Shown piece after piece: positions 28,116 to 36,586 of a stretch of 64,000 nt of DNA (the stretch's first letter is position 1; every line of letters begins with the position of its first letter). The DNA is taken from positions 129,267 to 193,266 of the forward strand of contig JADJCR010000003.1 in NCBI GenBank assembly GCA_016703125.1, written 5' to 3'. The translations under genes were made by a program, and so were the position numbers. The notes beneath the pieces are model-generated. The model was not told where the DNA came from, ran no database searches, and worked only from the letters and a program-made list of their open reading frames with translations. This DNA comes from Micrococcales bacterium. Lineage in GTDB: Bacteria > Actinomycetota > Actinomycetes > S36-B12 > UBA10799.

Positions 28116-29609
28116 CGGGCGCTTGGAGTTCAGGATCAGCGTCGGCAGGCCCTTGCGCTTCACGACCCGGCAACGGTACTGCTTGCGCAACTTCCCGCCA
28201 GAACCGGCGGGCCTGCAGTACGCGGTGGTGCGCAGCTTTCGTCCCTGCGCCGTCTTCGGCGGTCGCAGCGCCTGCCGCTCGCGCAGTTTGCGCGGCAGTG
28301 CGCGCTTGACCGTCTGCGCGCGCCGCGCGATCTTCGTCACCTCGGTGTCACCGCTCTTCTCCACCGAGGCGTTGTCCTTCGCGCCGGCGCGACTGCAGCC
28401 CGAACTCATCGCGGGGTCGTTCCACAGCCGGTCCCAGTTGGTGGCGAAGGCGCCGGAGACGTCCGGGTCTGTGAGTTGCAGGAATGTCTCGTCGTTGCGT
28501 TCGAGGGCGTTGTCGGTGAAGTTGTGGCTGCCCACCCAGGTGATGCGCTGGTCGAGCCCACCACCGTACGAGCCGTCGACGAGCACGTACTTGGCGTGGA
28601 TCGTGACCCGGTCCCGGGTGGGCGCGGGGGCGATCTTCACGGCAACCTTGCTGGGATCGAGCCGGTCACAGAAGTCGCGGGTCATCGTGTCCTGGCGGGC
28701 CAGGACCTGGACCCCGCATCCCGCGTTCGCCATGTCCCGCAGAGTGTTGCGAACGCGCTTGCGGGAGAAGAACGGCGCCATGACCCGCACCGTGGTGGGC
28801 TGCGCGGCGCAGTTGGTGGTGCGCAGCGCCGCTGCCAGGGTGTCGACGTCGTCGGTGCGCGGGAAGAAGTGCGCCGTCACGGGGCCGGAGGTGACCGGCC
28901 GGCGGTAGGCGTCGTAGTTGTCCTCGCTGACGCGGCGTTCGGAGTAGAGGTCGTCGAAGTATCCGACGTACTGGTCGTAGGTCGTCCGGTCACCGCGCAG
29001 GACCACAGCTGCGTTGTAGGCGCTGTCTCCGCTGCCATCGGCGCGCAGGTTGCCCGTGCCCTGGAACGTCACATACTCGGCGTCGTCGGTGCGGGAGAAC
29101 GCCGCGAACTTGTTGTGGTTGATGCTCTCGGGTTCGTCCGTGATGCACGAACGGTTGCACTGGCGGGCGAAAGAGTCGCCCGCCGTGCCGAGCATCTCGG
29201 CCAGCCGTGCGTAGGCGGCGTCGACCGCGGCGTTCTTCTTGGCCTTCTGCCCGTCGCCGCTGTCCAGCACTACGCGTACACGCACCCCGCGGCCGTAGGC
29301 ACGCAGCAAGGCGTCGATCACCGGGTGGTGGGGCTGGATGACGAAGTAGGACAACACGATCGCTTCACCGGACGGGGTGCGGTCGATGAGCCCGACCAGG
29401 GCGTCGCTGATGGACAGATCGGGGGTGCCGGGCACCGGGTAGTTGAAGAGAACCTCGCGGCCCGTGCGCAGTGCCGGCGGGGCGGTCGGGCTGGGTTTCG
29501 GGTCCGCCGGTGGGTCCACCGGCGGCGGGTCGCCGGCGGCCGGCGCGAGTGTCCCTGCGAGCAGTACGGTGGCCACAGTGGCCGCGCACATCTGCAGGAT
29601 CCGCTTCAT
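28005..29609 (-). CDS. secreted phospholipase D-superfamily (two HKD-like motifs) protein with a polybasic C-terminal tail
   Basis: Signal peptide MKRILQMCAATVATVLLAGTLAPAAG. Motif 1 is SINHNKFAAF...GTGNL. Motif 2 is IHAKYVLVDG...WVGSHNFT (HxKxxxxD...GSxN). The last ~110 aa are Lys/Arg-rich (KRALPRKLRERQ...RCRVVKRKGLPTL...RVKVVQRAKGSKR). Confidence 0.75.
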   Translation of the reverse strand: MKRILQMCAATVATVLLAGTLAPAAGDPPPVDPPADPKPSPTAPPALRTGREVLFNYPVPGTPDLSISDALVGLIDRTPSGEAIVLSYFVIQPHHPVIDALLRAYGRGVRVRVVLDSGDGQKAKKNAAVDAAYARLAEMLGTAGDSFARQCNRSCITDEPESINHNKFAAFSRTDDAEYVTFQGTGNLRADGSGDSAYNAAVVLRGDRTTYDQYVGYFDDLYSERRVSEDNYDAYRRPVTSGPVTAHFFPRTDDVDTLAAALRTTNCAAQPTTVRVMAPFFSRKRVRNTLRDMANAGCGVQVLARQDTMTRDFCDRLDPSKVAVKIAPAPTRDRVTIHAKYVLVDGSYGGGLDQRITWVGSHNFTDNALERNDETFLQLTDPDVSGAFATNWDRLWNDPAMSSGCSRAGAKDNASVEKSGDTEVTKIARRAQTVKRALPRKLRERQALRPPKTAQGRKLRTTAYCRPAGSGGKLRKQYRCRVVKRKGLPTLILNSKRPLRVKVVQRAKGSKRLLPYKRTAGYRFLPRRSVAVRV

Positions 29610-29613
29610 CAGG

Positions 29614-31218
29614 TCAGTCTCGCACGGCGCGCTTCGGCCGTTTGTAGGCGTAGTCCTGGTGCCGGCGGAACGGCAGGAGGGTCGCGCTGCCGACCGCAGA
29701 CTGGACGATGCGGACCTTCAGCCGGCGCTGCTTCTTCGTGGGCCTGAGGACGAGGGTCGGGTCTGACTTCGGCTTCACGATGCGGCAGATCTTGCGCTTC
29801 TTGAGCCGCTGCGAGGTGCCCTTCACCCGGCACGTGGCCACGTGGGTGAGCCGCTGGCCTTCGACCGTGTGGGTGGACCTCAGTGGTGTGCGCTTCTTCA
29901 GTCTCTTGGGCAGCCTGCGTTGAACGGTCTGCTGCTCCTTGATCAGCGGCGTGACCTCGGTATTGGCTTCCTCCTCGATCTGCTCCTCGCTGGTACCCCC
30001 TGCCCGTCCGCAACCGGCGGTGAGGCTGGGATCGGCCCAGATCCGGTCGAAGTTGCCCACGAATGCGTCATGCAGGCCGACGTCGTCGACGAGCAGGAAC
30101 GTCTCGTCGTTGCGCACCAGCGCGTTGCGGGTCAGGTTGTGGCTGCCCACCCACACCACGCGCGCGCCGGGCGAACCGTTGAAGCCGCCGCTGACCGTGA
30201 GGTACTTGCCGTGGATCCCCACAGCACTGACAGACGGCTTGTTGGCGATCCGCACATCGACCGGAGCGAGCAGCGAGTCGCAGAATTCGCGCGTGATCGT
30301 GTCGGTGCGCGCGATCACCCGGACACCGCAGCCGGCCGCCGCCATGTCGTTGAGCCGGTTGCGCACCTTCGGCCGCGTGAAGAACGAGGCCATCACGGAC
30401 ACGGTGGTCGGCGCCAATGAGCAGTCGACGTTCATGAGCGTCTGGGAGACCGAGTCGGTGCCGTCGGTACGCGGGAAGAAGTAGGGCGTGGCGTTGCCGA
30501 AGGCGGTGGCTGGCCGGACCGCGTGGTAGTTGTCGTCGGGGACGGCCAGAAGGGCGGCGAGGTCCGCGGCGTACCCGATGTACGAGCCGTACACCTGCGG
30601 ATTGCCGCTGGACACGACCGCGGCGTTCCAGGCGCCGTCGCCCGACCCGTCGCTGCGGATGTTGGCAGTCGACTGGAAGACCACATCACTGAGGTCCCCG
30701 GCGGCCGACATGGCCACGAACTTGTTGTGGTTGATGCTCTCCGATGCCTTGGAGATGCACGACAGCACGCACTGCACGGCGTACGAGGTCGCCGCGGGAT
30801 CGTTCCCGAGCGTTGCGGCCAATCGGGCGAAGGTCTCGTCCACTGCCTGATTGGTCGACGCCGACTGCCCGTCACCGCTGTCCAGCACCACCTTCACCCG
30901 TGCGCCGCGGGTGAACGCGTTGATCAGGGCATCGACCACGGGGTAGTTCGGCTGGATGACGAAGAAGGCAGCGGTGATATCGGCGTCAGAAGGAACCTGG
31001 TCGAGCAGACGCACGAGGTCGTTGTTGATGGCCGGGTCGGGCACGCCCACCTGCGGGTAGTTGAACACCGGCTACCGCGCCGCCTCCCGCGCGGAGGCGC
31101 CCGGCCTCGCACTCGGAGCCGTCGAGGGGTCGTCGGTGCCACCGGCCGCCGCGGGCAGAACACCGGCCGCCAGAAGCAGGGACACCAGGATCACTGTGAG
31201 CCAACGCATCCGTTCCAT
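29614..31218 (-). pseudogene. PLD-superfamily paralogue of the downstream gene, with an in-frame TAG between signal peptide and mature domain
   Basis: Track ORF 29614..31068 (GTG start, MFNYPQVGVPD...) is preceded in the same frame by MERMRWLTVILVSLLLAAGVLPAAAGGTDDPSTAPSARPGASAREAAR-TAG(31072-31074)-P. Motifs SINHNKFVAM and IHGKYLTVSG...WVGSHNLT. The basic tail is homologous to the paralogue. Its stop lies 4 nt before the PLD1 start. Confidence 0.7.
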
Positions 31219-31274
31219 CGTTACATGCGATGCGGCCGGGACCGTCCATCCGGCGCGCTGCGTAGACTTCGAGC

Positions 31275-32942
31275 ATGGATGCCGAGCAGATCGCCGAGGG
31301 CCGCCGGCGGTGGCAGCAGCGCTACGAGCAGGCGGATACCCGGGACACTGATTTCACCACGCTGAGCGGGGTGGAAGTGGAACCCGTCTACGGTCCGGAC
31401 TCCGACACGCCGGGCTTCGACCGCATCGGCTGGCCGGGCGAGTACCCGTTCACCCGGGGGCTCTATCCGACCGGATATCGGGGACGACCCTGGACCATCC
31501 GGCAGTTTGCCGGGTTCGGCAACGCCGAGCAGACCAACGCCCGCTACAAGATGCTGCTGGCGGCCGGTGGCGGAGGTTTGAGCGTTGCCTTCGACATGCC
31601 CACTCTGATGGGCCGCGACTCCGATGACCCCCGTTCGCAGGGCGAGGTCGGCCACTGTGGGGTGGCGATCGACTCCGCCGCGGACATGGACGCCCTGTTC
31701 TCCGGGATCCCGCTGGGCACCACCACGACCTCGATGACCATCTCCGGGCCGGCCGTCCCGATCTTCTGCATGTATCTGGTCGCCGCAGAACGCCAGGGCT
31801 TTTCCCATGGTGAGCTCGACGGCACGCTGCAGACCGACATCTTCAAGGAGTACACCGCCCAGAAGGAGTGGATCTTCCCGCCCGAGCCGCACCTGCGGCT
31901 GATCGGCGATCTCATGGCGTACACCGACGCGCACATGCCGCGGTACAAGCCGCTGAGTGTGTCGGGGTACCACATCCGGGAGGCCGGAGCCACCGCCGCG
32001 CAGGAGTTGGCGTTCACGCTTGCCGATGGCTTCGGCTACGTGGAACTGGGACGCTCCCGCGGTCTGGATGTCGACCGGTTCGCCCCCGGTCTGAGTTTCT
32101 TCTTCGACGCGCACATTGACTTCTTCGAGGAGATCGCCAAGTTCCGGGCCGCTCGCCGGATCTGGGCCCGCTGGTTGCGCGAGCGCTACGGTGCCACGAC
32201 GCAGCGCGCCCAATGGCTGAGGTTCCACACCCAGACCGCCGGGGTGTCGTTGACCGCCCAGCAGCCGGACAACAACGTGGTCCGCACGGCAGTGGAGGCC
32301 TTGGCGGCTGTGCTCGGCGGAACCAACTCGCTGCACACCAACGCCCTCGACGAGGTCCTCGCGTTACCCAGTGAGAAGGCCGCGGAGATCGCGTTGCGGA
32401 CCCAGCAGGTCATCGCGGAAGAGACCGGAGTCATGAATGTGGCCGACCCCCTCGGTGGTTCGTGGTACGTCGAGGCGCTCACCGATCGGCTCGAGCAGGA
32501 GGCGGAGAAGATCTTCGAGCACATCGAGCAGATGGGCGGCGACGGCACCATCCTCTCCGGGCTGCTGCGCGGCATCGAGGACGGCTGGTTCACCGGTGAG
32601 ATCGCCGATGCTGCGTTCGCCTATCAGCGAGCGCTGGAGAAGGGCGACAAGCAGCAGGTCGGGGTGACGGTGCACACCGAGTCGATCGAGGCCCCTCTGG
32701 ACATCCTGCGGATCTCGCACGAGGTCGAGAGTGCGCAGGTGGCGCTGCTGCGTGGCCGCCGGGAACAGCGCGACCGGGCTGCGATCGACGCGAGTCTCGA
32801 AGCCCTGCGCGCCGCAGCGCGGTCGGAGGAGAACATGATCCCCGTGATGGTCGAAGCCTGCCGCCGGGAGGCCACGCTGGGCGAGATCTGCGACGTGCTG
32901 CGCCAGGAGTGGGGCGAGTACAGCGAACCGGCCTGGATCTAG
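31275..32942 (+). CDS. acyl-CoA mutase large (substrate-binding) subunit, IcmA/HcmA-like; no B12-binding domain
   Basis: 555 aa. FTRGLYPTGYRGRPWTIRQFAGFGNAEQTN, GGGGLSVAFDMPTLMGRDSDDP, TTSMTISGPA. It ends before any B12-binding (DxHxxG) domain. Confidence 0.8.
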   Translation: MDAEQIAEGRRRWQQRYEQADTRDTDFTTLSGVEVEPVYGPDSDTPGFDRIGWPGEYPFTRGLYPTGYRGRPWTIRQFAGFGNAEQTNARYKMLLAAGGGGLSVAFDMPTLMGRDSDDPRSQGEVGHCGVAIDSAADMDALFSGIPLGTTTTSMTISGPAVPIFCMYLVAAERQGFSHGELDGTLQTDIFKEYTAQKEWIFPPEPHLRLIGDLMAYTDAHMPRYKPLSVSGYHIREAGATAAQELAFTLADGFGYVELGRSRGLDVDRFAPGLSFFFDAHIDFFEEIAKFRAARRIWARWLRERYGATTQRAQWLRFHTQTAGVSLTAQQPDNNVVRTAVEALAAVLGGTNSLHTNALDEVLALPSEKAAEIALRTQQVIAEETGVMNVADPLGGSWYVEALTDRLEQEAEKIFEHIEQMGGDGTILSGLLRGIEDGWFTGEIADAAFAYQRALEKGDKQQVGVTVHTESIEAPLDILRISHEVESAQVALLRGRREQRDRAAIDASLEALRAAARSEENMIPVMVEACRREATLGEICDVLRQEWGEYSEPAWI

Positions 32943-33538
32943 GGTCGCTGCAGCGAGCCCAGGTTGTAGACGAACCGGGTCAGCGCACCGTAGCGCTTCA
33001 CGAAGTCCTCATCGATCGGCACCTGCCGGATCAGGGCGCGATGGACGAGCGTCCCCATCAGGACGTCGAACGCGAACTCCGGGGAGGCCTGCGGGTCCGC
33101 CTCGCCCTGCGCGCAGGCGTCGGCCAGGACAGCCCGGCTCCGCTCATCGAGCGGGCCCAGCACCTTTTCGGCGAACAACGCGTGCCCCTCGGGATCATTG
33201 GCGGCAGCGGCAGCCACCGAGAGGAATGCGTGCTGGGCGCTGCGAGAGGCGAACCGGCCCCCGAACTCGTTCAGGCCCAGTTCGACGCTCTCCTCGAGGG
33301 TCTCCGCCGGCTCCCACGCGGGGCTGATGAGTTCAGCGACTGCCGCCACGGCGAGTGCGAGTTTGGTCGGATACCGGCGGTACACGGTGGTCTTGGCAAC
33401 ACCGGCGAGTTGGGCGGTGCCCTCCACGGTGAGGTTCTCGATGCCGCCGTCGGCCATCAGGTCGCGGGCCGCAGCCAGGATTGCCTGATCCGCGTGCGGA
33501 TCCCGAGGACGGCCGGGCCGGGCACTGTGATCACCCAT
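32939..33538 (-). CDS. TetR/AcrR-family transcriptional regulator
   Basis: 199 aa. N-terminal HTH AILAAARDLMADGGIENLTVEGTAQLAGVAKTTVYRRYPTK. Convergent 4-nt overlap with the mutase gene. Confidence 0.85.
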   Translation of the reverse strand: MGDHSARPGRPRDPHADQAILAAARDLMADGGIENLTVEGTAQLAGVAKTTVYRRYPTKLALAVAAVAELISPAWEPAETLEESVELGLNEFGGRFASRSAQHAFLSVAAAAANDPEGHALFAEKVLGPLDERSRAVLADACAQGEADPQASPEFAFDVLMGTLVHRALIRQVPIDEDFVKRYGALTRFVYNLGSLQRP

Positions 33539-33657
33539 CAGAGTGCAGCGTACGCTCCTGCGCGGGCACGGCCGGGGCCGGGTCAGGCAGGTTCGCAGCG
33601 TCGTCGGATTCCGACGCCCCGGCTGGCCCGGACCTGCCGATGCGGAACAATGTGCTC

Positions 33658-34581
33658 ATGACCACACAGCCCAACCCGAACCTCGCGCTGCGCGGCGCAG
33701 TCGACCTCGGCGCGCTCGCCGCAGCCCGGCAGGCCCAGGAGCAGGCAGCCGCCCGCAAGATCGACCCCACGGCGTCGAAAGTCATCATCGACGTCACCGA
33801 GGCGACCTTCGAGACAGATGTCATCGCCGCCTCACAGTCGGTGCCGGTCATCGTGGACCTGTGGGCGACGTGGTGCGGTCCGTGCAAGCAACTCAGCCCG
33901 ATCCTCGAGAAGCTGGCCGTCGAACACGCCGGCAGTTGGGTACTGGCCAAAGTCGACGTCGATGCCCAACCGCAGATTGCTGCGGCATTCCGGGTGCAGT
34001 CGATCCCGACGATCGTCGCCGTCATCGGCGGGCAGGTTCTGCCCATGTTCCAGGGTGCGTTGCCCGAGCCGCAGGTGCGGCAGTACATCGACGAGGTGCT
34101 CAAGGTCGCCCAGCAGGCCGGTATCGCGGGGACCGTCGCGGAGGACGAGGCCGTGACCACCGAGCAGCCGCAGGAGGACCCCCGCTGGGACCAGGCGGCA
34201 GACGCCATCGAAGCCGGTGACTGGGACGGCGCGGTCACCTTGTACGAGCAGTTGCGGGCCGTCGACCCGGAGCAGGCCGAGGCGGCCCTGGCCCAAGTGG
34301 CGCTGGCCCGGCGCACCGACGGGGTCGATGCCGCCGCCGCGGTCGCGGCTGCCGACGCCGATCCCGGGGATCTGGCTAAGGCGAGGGCGGCTGCCGACGT
34401 CGAGGTCTCGCGCGGCGACGCCGAGGCGGCCTTCGAGCGCCTGCTGGCCGTGGTGCGCACCAGTGCAGGGGAGCAGAAGACCGCCGCCCGCGACGCGCTC
34501 GTCGAGTTGTTCGGGCTCGTGGGTGACGCCGATCCGGCGGTCATCGCCGCGCGGACGAAACTGGCGAACGCGCTGTTCTGA
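33658..34581 (+). CDS. thioredoxin-domain plus TPR-like co-chaperone (YbbN/Trx-TPR type)
   Basis: Track ORF 33481..34581 trimmed to ATG 33658 (MTTQPNPNLALRG...). VIVDLWATWCGPCKQL thioredoxin motif, then an Ala/Asp-rich helical C-terminal half. Confidence 0.8.
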   Translation: MTTQPNPNLALRGAVDLGALAAARQAQEQAAARKIDPTASKVIIDVTEATFETDVIAASQSVPVIVDLWATWCGPCKQLSPILEKLAVEHAGSWVLAKVDVDAQPQIAAAFRVQSIPTIVAVIGGQVLPMFQGALPEPQVRQYIDEVLKVAQQAGIAGTVAEDEAVTTEQPQEDPRWDQAADAIEAGDWDGAVTLYEQLRAVDPEQAEAALAQVALARRTDGVDAAAAVAAADADPGDLAKARAAADVEVSRGDAEAAFERLLAVVRTSAGEQKTAARDALVELFGLVGDADPAVIAARTKLANALF

Positions 34582-34584
34582 GGG

Positions 34585-35283
34585 TCAGCCCAGAACGGTG
34601 CGCAGGCGCTCCTCTCGCAACTGCGTCACCTCTGCCTCCTCGATGAACGGCAGGTGCTGATCCGTTGCCCAGCCGAGCAGCACGTCGGCGATCTGCGGGT
34701 TGCGGGCCAGACATGGCCCGTGCAGATAAGTGCCCATGATGTGCCCACGGATCGCCCCCTCGGAACCGTCGCCGTTGCCGATGCCGCTGCGGACCATGCC
34801 CAGTGGGCCGACGCCGGGCCCCCGGTGGGTGGCGCCGGCGTGGTTCTCGTACCCGCTGAGAGTCTGGTCCAAGGGTGGCTTCGGCGCCGCTGCCAGTTCG
34901 CCCACAGCACGTTTGGGGAGGCGGTCGGTGCGAAGGTCGAGGATGCCGAGCCCGGCCGCCGGGGTGCTGGTGGCGTCCGGGAAGTACTCGCCGAGCAACT
35001 GGTACCCCGCGCAGATGGCCAGCACCGCAGCACCGCGCTCAGCCGCGCGCACCAGCGCCCCGTCGGCACGCAATGCGTTGGCCGCGGCCGTCTGCGCGCT
35101 GTCCTCCCCGCCACCGAGCACGTACAGGTCCGCGGATTCGGGAACCGGGTCGCCCGGGTCCACCTGCACGATCTGAACGTCGATGCCGTGAAGACGGGCG
35201 CGGTGGCGCAGGGCCGTGACGTTGCCCCCGTCGCCGTAGGTGCCCAGCAGGGTGGGATAGATCGACACCAGGGTGATGCTCAT
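34585..35283 (-). CDS. gatD: lipid II isoglutaminyl synthase glutaminase subunit GatD
   Basis: MSITLVSIYPTLLGTYGDGGN..., AICAGYQLLG catalytic Cys, ...YLHGP... Overlaps the murT stop. Confidence 0.85.
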   Translation of the reverse strand: MSITLVSIYPTLLGTYGDGGNVTALRHRARLHGIDVQIVQVDPGDPVPESADLYVLGGGEDSAQTAAANALRADGALVRAAERGAAVLAICAGYQLLGEYFPDATSTPAAGLGILDLRTDRLPKRAVGELAAAPKPPLDQTLSGYENHAGATHRGPGVGPLGMVRSGIGNGDGSEGAIRGHIMGTYLHGPCLARNPQIADVLLGWATDQHLPFIEEAEVTQLREERLRTVLG

Positions 35284-36536
35284 CGCTGCTCCGCGGTTGT
35301 GCGCAGGTGGTGGAACGCGGTGTACGTGGCCGCGCAGTCAACAACGTCGAGGTCGCGCATGCCCGCCGCAAGTGGCGCACCGGGGGCATAGGGGTCCTCG
35401 ATGACGACATGTTCGACCTCGGCGTGCAGCAGGCGCACTGCGAGGTCCCGGCGGCGATCACCAGTGGCGACGACCGTGCGTCCGCGCAACCTCTCGAAAG
35501 GAACGTCCCACAGCCAGGACGGATCCCGGCCGTCGGCGGCGTTGGAGTTGATCGTGACGATCACCGGGGTGGGTGCCGGGGGCATCACATCCACGAGTTC
35601 GGACCACCCCGCAGGGTTCTTGGCCAGGAGCAGGCGGATGGTCAGTTCGCCCACTCGGACGATCGCGTACCGTCCGGACACCGACTCCACAGTCGCCATG
35701 CGCCGGGCGGACTGCTCCGGATCCAGTCCCAGTTCGACCGTGGCGACGAGAGCGAGCGCGCCGTTGGCGGCGTTGAAGCGACCGGGTAACTGCAGGTCGA
35801 GGCGGTGCTGCGCCCCGTCGGGGCCGTGCACGATGCCGTGCTCTCCGGTCCACTCCAGCGTCCACGACGGCTGGGGGCGGGCGAATCCGCACTCGGGGCA
35901 ACCCCAGGAGTCATCCGCGCGGCGCAGCAAGGCTCCGCAGTCCAAGCACACGGCGGAATCGGCGGTCCACACCTGACCGGCGGCGACCCAGACCACGTGC
36001 GGGGCGTGCCGGGCCGCCCAGACGATGGACGGGTCGTCGGCGTTCGCGACGACGGTGGTGGAACCTGCGTCGACCAGCATGTCGCGCCAGCGCCGGGCCA
36101 CCATCGCGACCTCGTTCATCCTGTCGAGCTGATCACGGCTGAGGTTGCCCAGCAGCACCACCCGGGGTCGTGTGGCCTCGAAGACTGTCGGCAGGTAGGC
36201 CTCGTCGACCTCCAGCACGGCCTGCGCGGCAGGGTCACCGCTGGCCAGCGTCACCGCCACTCCGGAGGTCATGTTCGCCCCGGTGTGCTGACTGATCACG
36301 GGGCCCGCCTGCTCCACGGCGGTGGCCAGCAGCCGGGTCGTGGAGGTCTTGCCGTTGGTCGCGCTGACCAGAGCCGCTACGCGGTCGTGGGCGAGGTCGC
36401 GGATCGCATCGGGCGCCAGGCGCAGGATCACCCGGCCACCGATGACCATACCTTCGCCGCGGCCCATGCGCCGGGAGAGCGAGGAGGTGAGCAGACCGAG
36501 GCGGGCAGCAGCGCGGGTTCGGGCGGGCACTGTCAC
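35280..36536 (-). CDS. murT: lipid II isoglutaminyl synthase ligase subunit MurT (Mur ligase family with DUF1727)
   Basis: Track ORF 35280..36734 trimmed to GTG 36536 (start uncertain). SATNGKTSTTRLL P-loop. Cys4 ribbon CLDCGALLRRADDSWGCPECG. The C-terminal region pairs with gatD. Confidence 0.85.
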   Translation of the reverse strand: MTVPARTRAAARLGLLTSSLSRRMGRGEGMVIGGRVILRLAPDAIRDLAHDRVAALVSATNGKTSTTRLLATAVEQAGPVISQHTGANMTSGVAVTLASGDPAAQAVLEVDEAYLPTVFEATRPRVVLLGNLSRDQLDRMNEVAMVARRWRDMLVDAGSTTVVANADDPSIVWAARHAPHVVWVAAGQVWTADSAVCLDCGALLRRADDSWGCPECGFARPQPSWTLEWTGEHGIVHGPDGAQHRLDLQLPGRFNAANGALALVATVELGLDPEQSARRMATVESVSGRYAIVRVGELTIRLLLAKNPAGWSELVDVMPPAPTPVIVTINSNAADGRDPSWLWDVPFERLRGRTVVATGDRRRDLAVRLLHAEVEHVVIEDPYAPGAPLAAGMRDLDVVDCAATYTAFHHLRTTAEQR

Positions 36537-36586
36537 ATCCGCGACTCTACGCCACGCCCCGGTGCCGAACGGGTGCCCTCGCGCGG

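Noticed and set aside
21862-31274. tRNA-Lys as the attachment site of an integrated element covering the MFS, T4SS-like and PLD genes.
   Set aside because: By eye I found no direct repeat of the tRNA 3' end (ggttcgagtccctggcggcgca) further along the window, and no integrase or excisionase. The island idea is kept only as a hypothesis inside the T4SS finding.
33539-33657. TetR operator in the TetR / thioredoxin-TPR divergent region (palindrome agcgtacgct near 33547).
   Set aside because: It is only a 10-bp palindrome, shorter than typical TetR operators. I cannot support it without comparative data.
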